DNA from: Planctomycetota bacterium
GTDB lineage: Bacteria > Planctomycetota > UBA1135 > UBA2386
Assembly: GCA_965223545.1 (NCBI GenBank)
Contig: OZ245006.1
Location: 2,048,001-2,112,000, forward strand
Direction: 5' to 3'
Length of the DNA stretch: 64,000 nucleotides
The notes beneath the pieces were generated by a model that was not told where the DNA came from, ran no database searches, and worked only from the letters and a program-made list of their open reading frames with translations. The position numbers and the translations under genes were made by a program. This document shows, piece after piece, positions 57,600 through 64,000 of the stretch (position 1 is its first letter; each line of letters starts with the position of its first letter).

Positions 57600-58592
57600 T
57601 CACTCGACGTGCATCGCCACGGGCGCCGTCAAGGTGTAGGGGCCAAAGCCGATCATCAGCTTGCCCTCGGTGCCGGAGGCCTTCATCGAGATGGTGAGCT
57701 CATCGAAGGTCTTCTCGGACTTGGCGAACGTCATCGGCACTTCGATGCCGCCCTTGGTCTGGTGCGCGAGGAACGCGTCGGTCTTGTAGCCGCGCACCTT
57801 GGCGGGATCGAGCAGCGCCAGATGGAACACGCCCTTCTCGACCTGCTCGAGCGTCAGGTAGTAGTAGCCGGCAGGCACGTCGACATCGGCGATCTCGAGA
57901 TCGACGTTGGTGTCGATCGTGGTCCAGAAGTTCTGGCCGAGGCGCCAGCGCCGGCCGATCGCCCGGTCGGACTCGAGCTGCTCGGTGTACTTGTCGTCCC
58001 ACTTCGGCGTACCGTAGTTGACGACGATCTGGCCAGGCGACGACTGACCGCGCCAGAACAGCACGCGGAAGTCCTTGCGGTTGCCCTCGCTGGCCCAGAC
58101 CTGCATCTTGCCGGCGCCGTAGTTGTCACCGGCGGCGCTCATGGCCTCGATCGCCTTCTTGTAGCGCGGGTCGTCGCGCAGCGAGTCCATGTCGGGGTCG
58201 GTGTCGAGGTGCGACACGTTGTTGAAGCCGGCCTCGGCGGCCTTGTTGAGCCACTCGATCGCCTTGTCCTTGTTGCCCTGCAGCGCATGCACGCAGGCGA
58301 CGTTGTAGCTGGCGACCGGCCGCGTCTGGTCGAACTCGGTCGCCTTGATGTGCGCCTTCAGCGCCTTGTCGAGCTCGCCGGACGCGTGCAGCGTGTAGCC
58401 GAGCATGTGCCAGGCCTGCGCGTCCTTCGGCGCGACCTCGACCAGCTTGCCGAACGCCGAGGCGGCGTCCTCCCAACGCTGCTCCTGCGCCGCCATCTGC
58501 GCCTCTTGGCGCAGCTTCTCGGCATCGCCCTCTTGGGCGGGTAGGGCAATCGACAATCCACAGACCAACAGTGCGAGATGGGGGGTGCGCAT
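57600..58592 (-). CDS. secreted TPR plus DUF2911 domain protein
   Basis: YNVACVHAL...DPDMDSLRDDPRY; VNYGTPKW, WRLGQN and VPAGYYYL. Confidence 0.85.
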   Translation of the reverse strand: MRTPHLALLVCGLSIALPAQEGDAEKLRQEAQMAAQEQRWEDAASAFGKLVEVAPKDAQAWHMLGYTLHASGELDKALKAHIKATEFDQTRPVASYNVACVHALQGNKDKAIEWLNKAAEAGFNNVSHLDTDPDMDSLRDDPRYKKAIEAMSAAGDNYGAGKMQVWASEGNRKDFRVLFWRGQSSPGQIVVNYGTPKWDDKYTEQLESDRAIGRRWRLGQNFWTTIDTNVDLEIADVDVPAGYYYLTLEQVEKGVFHLALLDPAKVRGYKTDAFLAHQTKGGIEVPMTFAKSEKTFDELTISMKASGTEGKLMIGFGPYTLTAPVAMHVE

Positions 58593-58766
58593 TCGGTTCC
58601 TCGATCCTTTTTGGGGTTGGGGTGCGGCGGCGATCGGCTCTCTGCGCCGGCGATACCGCCGGTTCGTGAACGCTACCGTAACGGCAGAGCGGACGGCGCC
58701 GCCCGGGCGAAGTAGTACTGGCACTTTTCCCGACTCAGGGCCGGGCCCCACCTCTACCAGTCCCCT

Positions 58767-59777
58767 CTACCAGGGCAATGACAGCGGCTGCGCGGCCGCG
58801 TGGCAGGCCTCGATGAGTGCCACTGCACGGCGCGCTTCGCGGCCGTCGACGAACGGCGCTCGGCCGCGACGGACCGCGTCGACGAAGTCCGACAGCTGGC
58901 GGTCGAACAGATCGGCAACGTCCTCTTCGCGCCCGCCGGCAGCCACCGCCCGGCCACTGAGCAAGAGGTCTTGGTCACCGAGCTGCAGTTGGATCAGCGA
59001 GTTGAAGCGCGAGTCGATCTCGATTCTCCCACGCTCGCCCTCGAGGACGACCGTATTGCGCATCGCACGCGTTCGGCTGAGCTCGACGACACCCTCCGCA
59101 CCACAGCGCAGGGTCAGACGCAGCTCGCAGTCGGCCTCGACGCCGCCGGCGGCGTCGTGGAAGTACTCGAACCGCTCGTAGTCGCCCAGCCACCACAGCA
59201 GGGTGTCGAGGGCGTGCACACCGGAGTCGGCCAGCACCCCGCCACCCGCCTCGCGGCGGAAGGTGAAGTCGGAGGCGGCCGGCCAGTCGTAGACGAACCC
59301 CTCCCGCATGTCGAAGCGCAGGATGCGTCCCAACCACTGCTCGTCGATCAACCGCTTGACGAAGCGGGACGAGTCGAACCAGCGCCGCGCCTGCCCCACC
59401 GCGAGCACCCGGCGCTCGGCATCGGCGACCTCGTTCATCGCGTCGCACTCCGCGGCCGTCAGCGCCATCGGTTTTTCCACCAGCACGTGCAGGCCGGCGC
59501 GCATCAGGTCGATCGAGATCGGCGCGTGCAGGTGGTGCGGCAGCGCCAGCACGGCGGCGTCGGCCACGCCCGGGAGCTCGGCCGCATCACTGAGCGCGTG
59601 CTCGACGCCCCAGCTCGCCGCCGCCTCCGCCGCGCGGCCCCGGTCGCGGTCGACGAGGGCGGTGACGGCGACGCCGTCGTGCTTGGCCAGCGCCGGCAGG
59701 TGCGCCTGCGCGACGGCGCCGATTCCGACCACGGCGACCCGCAGCGGAGATTCTTCAGATCGCGGTGTCTGGCTCAT
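58767..59777 (-). CDS. Gfo/Idh/MocA-family oxidoreductase
   Basis: VAVVGIG, HVLVEKPM and GGGVLADSGVH. Confidence 0.93.
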   Translation of the reverse strand: MSQTPRSEESPLRVAVVGIGAVAQAHLPALAKHDGVAVTALVDRDRGRAAEAAASWGVEHALSDAAELPGVADAAVLALPHHLHAPISIDLMRAGLHVLVEKPMALTAAECDAMNEVADAERRVLAVGQARRWFDSSRFVKRLIDEQWLGRILRFDMREGFVYDWPAASDFTFRREAGGGVLADSGVHALDTLLWWLGDYERFEYFHDAAGGVEADCELRLTLRCGAEGVVELSRTRAMRNTVVLEGERGRIEIDSRFNSLIQLQLGDQDLLLSGRAVAAGGREEDVADLFDRQLSDFVDAVRRGRAPFVDGREARRAVALIEACHAAAQPLSLPW

Positions 59778-59800
59778 GGTCGATTCCGTCCCGCGACGGC

Positions 59801-60592
59801 TCAGGCGCCGGGGCTCTCCAGCTGGTACTTGGCGATGTAGTTGACCGCCAAGAATCCGAACATCGACGGGGCCAGCTTGCCGAGGAACTCGGAGCCACGC
59901 GTATACAAGCCCGGTAGACGACCGCGCAGCCGCCGCGGCAGGCAGTGGAAGTTGTTGTAGCTGCCCGACACCAAGTGGAACCCGTGGCGGCGCATCAGCG
60001 CGTCGAGCTCACTCTTGGAGTACTTCTTGTCCACCCAGTCGGGCGGCAGACCCATCGGGTTGCCGGCGGCGGGCTTGCCGCGGATGGCCCGCTTGAGCGG
60101 ACCGACGACCTTGCGGCCCAGGTTGCCGAACAGCTCCCACTTGAACGACTGCATGACGAGCGTTCCGCCGGGCTTCATCACTCGCCGAATCTCTTCCATC
60201 GGTTGCGTCGGGTCTTCGAAGTACTCGATGTAGCCCAACGCCATCACCAGATCGAACGAGCGGTCGGCAAACGGCAGCTGATGGCCCATCCCGACCAAGC
60301 ACAGATGTTGCTCGCCCTGACCGCCGACGCGGTCGACGGCTTGGCGGATCATCTCGGGAGCGAAGTCGATGCCGAAGAACTGACCGTCGTGGTCGAGAAC
60401 GATCGGCGCGTAGTCGCCGGTACCACAGCCGACATCGAGCGCTCGCTCGAACCGACCGTCGGGTTCCAAGAGCTTGCGCACCGTCTGCCGGCGCGTGAAG
60501 AAATTGTAGGTCTTCGCGGTCTGGGCGCCGTCGTAGTAGCCAGCCCATGTGCCGGTGCCGGCCTGCTGGTCCCAGAACTTCTGCATATCCAT
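59801..60592 (-). CDS. class I SAM-dependent methyltransferase
   Basis: ALDVGCGTG, LPFADRSFD and RVMKPGG. Confidence 0.93.
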   Translation of the reverse strand: MDMQKFWDQQAGTGTWAGYYDGAQTAKTYNFFTRRQTVRKLLEPDGRFERALDVGCGTGDYAPIVLDHDGQFFGIDFAPEMIRQAVDRVGGQGEQHLCLVGMGHQLPFADRSFDLVMALGYIEYFEDPTQPMEEIRRVMKPGGTLVMQSFKWELFGNLGRKVVGPLKRAIRGKPAAGNPMGLPPDWVDKKYSKSELDALMRRHGFHLVSGSYNNFHCLPRRLRGRLPGLYTRGSEFLGKLAPSMFGFLAVNYIAKYQLESPGA

Positions 60593-60599
60593 CGGTCGA

Positions 60600-61652
60600 C
60601 TATCCCGTCTTCAATTTGGCGCGGGCACGCCGCGCGACATCCATCATTTCGTGCACCGGACCCCGCACCTGGTCGGCGAACCAGTGCACGGGCCGGCGGA
60701 ACACACCATAGCGCTTGAGCACGCGCTCACCGCGGCGAGCGACGCCGACGTCGGACGTCAGCACGCTCGTGTAACCGGCGGCGTACGCCTCATCCACCAT
60801 CTCCTGATCCCACGCGCCGCCCGGCACGCAGAACGACACGCAGGGTCGGCCGAGCACTTCCTCGAGCCGCCGCTTGGACTCGCGCAGCTCGTAGCGCTTG
60901 GTCTCGGTCCGTGCTCGCGACAACAGGTAGTGGTTCACCGAGTGCGACGCGATCTCGACCAGCGGATGCTCGGCCGCCCGGCGCAACTGGCTCGCGGTCA
61001 TCGGCCGGTAGTCGGCCTGCGCGAACAGCTCTTCCGTCGTCGGCTCCGCGCCGACGCGCCGAGCAAACTCATCGATAAAGGCGCCGCGCTCTTCTTGGCT
61101 GCAGCGCACGCACTCGTACATGACCCAGTCGTAGAGCTCGCGGCGACCGGCAGCCGACGCGGGGTCGAAGCGCCGCTCGCCATCGGTGAGTGCGAGCGTC
61201 AGCGGTCGAGTGCAGCGCTGCACCAGCCACTCGACGACGTCGTTGTACAGCGGGTTGCGGTCGAGCACGAAACCGGTGGTGATGGCGAACGTCGCCGGCA
61301 ACTGCAGCCGTTCCAGCTCGGGCAAGGCGTTGGCGACGTTGTTCTCGTAGCCGTCGTCGAAGGTCAACACGACGTTGGTGCGCCGCCGCGACAGGCCTTC
61401 ACCAGCGACGAACGAGCGCAGGGACAGCACGTTGCAGTGGCGGGCCAGGTACTCGAGCTGGGTGCGGAACTCGCGCAGCGGAACGTTGTAGCCGTAGAGG
61501 TTCTCGACGCCGTCGAACTGCTCGCGCTGCGGCACCCCGTGGTACATCAGGATCTTGGTGCGTCCACCGCGCAGCAGGTCCCAGACGAACGGGCCCCCGC
61601 AGCGGTGCGACCAGCGCAGCATCGTCTGCACGGTTCGCCCTCCGGCACTCAT
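60600..61652 (-). CDS. polysaccharide deacetylase family protein
   Basis: ILMYHG, LTFDDG and IASHSVNH. Confidence 0.92.
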   Translation of the reverse strand: MSAGGRTVQTMLRWSHRCGGPFVWDLLRGGRTKILMYHGVPQREQFDGVENLYGYNVPLREFRTQLEYLARHCNVLSLRSFVAGEGLSRRRTNVVLTFDDGYENNVANALPELERLQLPATFAITTGFVLDRNPLYNDVVEWLVQRCTRPLTLALTDGERRFDPASAAGRRELYDWVMYECVRCSQEERGAFIDEFARRVGAEPTTEELFAQADYRPMTASQLRRAAEHPLVEIASHSVNHYLLSRARTETKRYELRESKRRLEEVLGRPCVSFCVPGGAWDQEMVDEAYAAGYTSVLTSDVGVARRGERVLKRYGVFRRPVHWFADQVRGPVHEMMDVARRARAKLKTG

Positions 61653-61656
61653 CGAG

Positions 61657-61857
61657 TCAGTCGCCGCCCGCGTCCGCGGCGGACTCGCCGGACAGCGGCT
61701 GCGCCTCGTCGATCAGGAAGTTCGGAATCGAGTCCTCGACCGCGTACGCGAGACGGCAGGCACGGCACTCGAACGCGCTCTCGTCCGCGCGCAGGTGAAG
61801 CGCCCCGTGACACTTGGGGCAAGCGAGGATGTCGATGACTTCGGGTCGGAGTGGCAT
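61657..61857 (-). CDS. Trm112-family protein (CxxC-CxxC)
   Basis: ILACPKCHG...ECRACRLAYAVEDSIPNFLIDEA; GGGAG RBS. Confidence 0.9.
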   Translation of the reverse strand: MPLRPEVIDILACPKCHGALHLRADESAFECRACRLAYAVEDSIPNFLIDEAQPLSGESAADAGGD

Positions 61858-62027
61858 GGTTGGGCTCCCTTGTATGCTACCCCGACCACCGGCGCCAAGC
61901 CTGGGCCGACGCGAAGGTGCGCTGGCACCGCCCCGACGGGCGGGCGGCGCGAGCGAGGGCCAGCCAGCGGCGCAGTACCGCACGGGCCCCGTCGAAACGA
62001 CCTGCTAGACTGCCCTCAGTGCGGGGC

Positions 62028-62073
62028 CAAGGCGCGCCGCGCGCCTTGACACCATGCCACACACCGTCAGAAT
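62028..62073 (+). promoter_or_regulatory. sigma70-type promoter with a 9-bp inverted repeat over the -35 box
   Basis: TTGACA(62046)-N16-CAGAAT(62068); CAAGGCGCG-CCG-CGCGCCTTG at 62028-62048. Confidence 0.5.
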
Positions 62074-62100
62074 CGCCCGCCCTGCTGGCCCGGGCCCCTC

Positions 62101-63309
62101 ATGCTGAACCTAGAAGGCAAGCGCGTTCTCGTCACCGGTGGCAGCGGGTTCATCGGCAGCCGGCTGGTCGAGCATCTCGTCCGGCAGCACGGCGCCACGG
62201 TCCGCGTGCCCGTCCGCCAGTACGCCAAAGCGGCGCGCGCAGCGCGGTTTCCGGTCGAGCTGCTGCGCCTGGATCTGCTCGACGACACCGCCGTCGACGC
62301 CGCCGTCGAGGGCTGCACGGCGGTGATCCACTGCGCCTATGGCAACGACGGCGACGAGGAGAAGATGCGCCGCGTCACCGTCGACGGCACCCGCGCGATC
62401 CTCGATGCCGCGCGGCGGCACGGTGTGCAGCGGGTCGTGCACGTCAGCACGATCAACGTCTACGGCGAAACCCCGGACGGGCCTCTCGACGAGACCGCGC
62501 GCCGGCGCTACTTCGGCGACGTCTACTCCGACTCCAAGCTCGACGCCGAGAACCTGGCGATGGAGTACGCGGCGAGTGGCGACCCGGTCACGGTCGTCCA
62601 GCCGACCGTGGTCTACGGCCCGTTCGCTTTGGCGTGGACGGTCCGCATCCTCAACGAGATGACGAGCGGTCGCATCCCCCTGATCAACGGAGGGGACGGC
62701 CTGTGCAACGCCGTCTACATCGACGATCTGGTCGACGGCATGCTGCGCGCCGCGACGCGGCCGGAGGCGATCGGCGAGTGTTTCTTGTTGTCCGGCGGCG
62801 AGCCGGTGCCGTGGCACGAGTTCTACGGGCGCTACGAGGGCATGCTCGGCCGCAGCGCGACCGTGCCGATGTCGGCCGCCGAAGCCATCGCCGACTACGA
62901 GGAGCGCTTCGTCAAGAAGAAGCGACGCAGCGTAGTGCGTGAGGCGATGAGCATCCTGCGCCACGAGCAGCGCGTGCGGCAGCGCGTGCTCAGCTCGATC
63001 GAAGGCCGCGTGTTCTGCCGCGCGGCCCGCATGGTGCTGCCCTCGGGTGTGCGCCGATCGATCCAACGCCAGGTGGCGAAGCAGAACGGAGCGGTGCCCG
63101 CGCCGGCGGCCGTGGCCACCGCGACCGCCGTCGAGCCGGAGGCGCCGATCCACGCGATGAGCCCGTCGGCAGTGCGCTATCAGGCGAGCAAGACCCACGT
63201 GAGCATCGACAAAGCCCGCCGGCTGCTCGACTACGAGCCGGCGTTCGACCTCGATCAAGGCATGCAGAGGACCGAGCAATGGGCGAGGTGGGCCGGCCTG
63301 CTGAGCTGA
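62101..63309 (+). CDS. NAD-dependent epimerase/dehydratase
   Basis: VTGGSGFIG, YSDSK, VYGP and YIDDLV. Confidence 0.93.
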   Translation: MLNLEGKRVLVTGGSGFIGSRLVEHLVRQHGATVRVPVRQYAKAARAARFPVELLRLDLLDDTAVDAAVEGCTAVIHCAYGNDGDEEKMRRVTVDGTRAILDAARRHGVQRVVHVSTINVYGETPDGPLDETARRRYFGDVYSDSKLDAENLAMEYAASGDPVTVVQPTVVYGPFALAWTVRILNEMTSGRIPLINGGDGLCNAVYIDDLVDGMLRAATRPEAIGECFLLSGGEPVPWHEFYGRYEGMLGRSATVPMSAAEAIADYEERFVKKKRRSVVREAMSILRHEQRVRQRVLSSIEGRVFCRAARMVLPSGVRRSIQRQVAKQNGAVPAPAAVATATAVEPEAPIHAMSPSAVRYQASKTHVSIDKARRLLDYEPAFDLDQGMQRTEQWARWAGLLS

Positions 63310-64000
63310 GCGGCGGCGACGGTGCGGCCACCGCGGCACCGCCGGTGGTCGGGATCGCGATTCCCTGCTACAACCACGCACACTACCTCGAGGAGTGTCT
63401 GCGCAGTCTCGTGGCACAGACCTACGAGCACTGGGAGGCGCTGGTCATCGACGACTGCTCGCCGGATGCCGATCAGATCCAACCGGTGTTGGACGCGGTC
63501 GGCGACCCCCGCATTCGAGTCGTCCGGCACGAACGCAACCGCGGGTTGGCGGCATCGCGCAACACCGGCTTTCGCGACAGCGGCCGGGACGTGCTGCTGG
63601 CGATCGATGCCGACGACAAGTTCGCTCCCCGCTGCCTCGAGCTGCTGGTGACCGCACTGCTCGCCGATCCCGACCTCGACTGCGTCTACCCCGACTTCCA
63701 GCTGTTCGGCCGGCGCAACGACGTGCAGGTGTTTTCCGGACCGCCACCGGAGCACGGCCGCGTGCTGCACACCGACCACACGATCCCGGGCGCCGGCACG
63801 ATGATGCGGCGCGGGCTGTGGGAGCGGCTCGGCGGCTACGACGAAGATGACGAGCTGCGCCGCGGCCGCGAGGACTTCGAGTTCTGGATCCGCGCGTTCG
63901 CAAAGGGTTGCAGAGCGAAGCGCGTCCCCGAACCGCTCTACCACTACCGCATCTCGCACTCGTCGATGACCTTCGCGTGCCGCCTCGAGGACCACCTCAT
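63279..64000 (+). CDS. glycosyltransferase family 2, 3'-truncated by window edge
   Basis: Absent from the ORF track because it has no stop in the window; frame from ATG 63279 reads VVGIAIPCYNHAHYL...VIDDCSPD...NRGLAASRNTG...IDADD...EDFEFW. Confidence 0.9.
   Translation, partial: MGEVGRPAELSGGDGAATAAPPVVGIAIPCYNHAHYLEECLRSLVAQTYEHWEALVIDDCSPDADQIQPVLDAVGDPRIRVVRHERNRGLAASRNTGFRDSGRDVLLAIDADDKFAPRCLELLVTALLADPDLDCVYPDFQLFGRRNDVQVFSGPPPEHGRVLHTDHTIPGAGTMMRRGLWERLGGYDEDDELRRGREDFEFWIRAFAKGCRAKRVPEPLYHYRISHSSMTFACRLEDHL

Overview
GC-rich (about 70% by eye), gene-dense bacterial chromosomal window with about 50 genes. The gene content suggests an uncultured Planctomycetota lineage (inference): ECF sigma/Ser-Thr kinase pairs, DUF1080, a DUF2950-like pilin, and many secreted beta-propellers. 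I found no rRNA, tRNA, CRISPR array, transposase or reverse transcriptase. Recognisable genes include ileS (type 2), mscS, two acyl-CoA dehydrogenases, a YtrA-like GntR/ABC operon, a MocR regulator and the start of a glycan-modification cluster. Main leads: (1) a roughly 125-140 aa C-terminal domain shared by four secreted beta-propeller proteins and also encoded as a stand-alone secreted protein, a candidate lineage-specific sorting or surface-display module; (2) four ECF sigma factors without anti-sigmas, where the two kinase-linked ones have Thr/Ser in the region-2.2 DAED motif and the two kinase-less ones do not; (3) a lower-GC islet with a kinase-less ECF and a secreted protein with 16 Cys; (4) an IleRS with HNGH/KESKS motifs and a roughly 110-aa inserted domain; (5) an MtnB-like probable pseudo-enzyme lacking a canonical start codon; (6) a secreted RSTP-repeat/Tyr-rich/TPR protein; (7) back-to-back gene remnants near 10 kb. 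All family calls come from motif recognition by eye, not from database searches.
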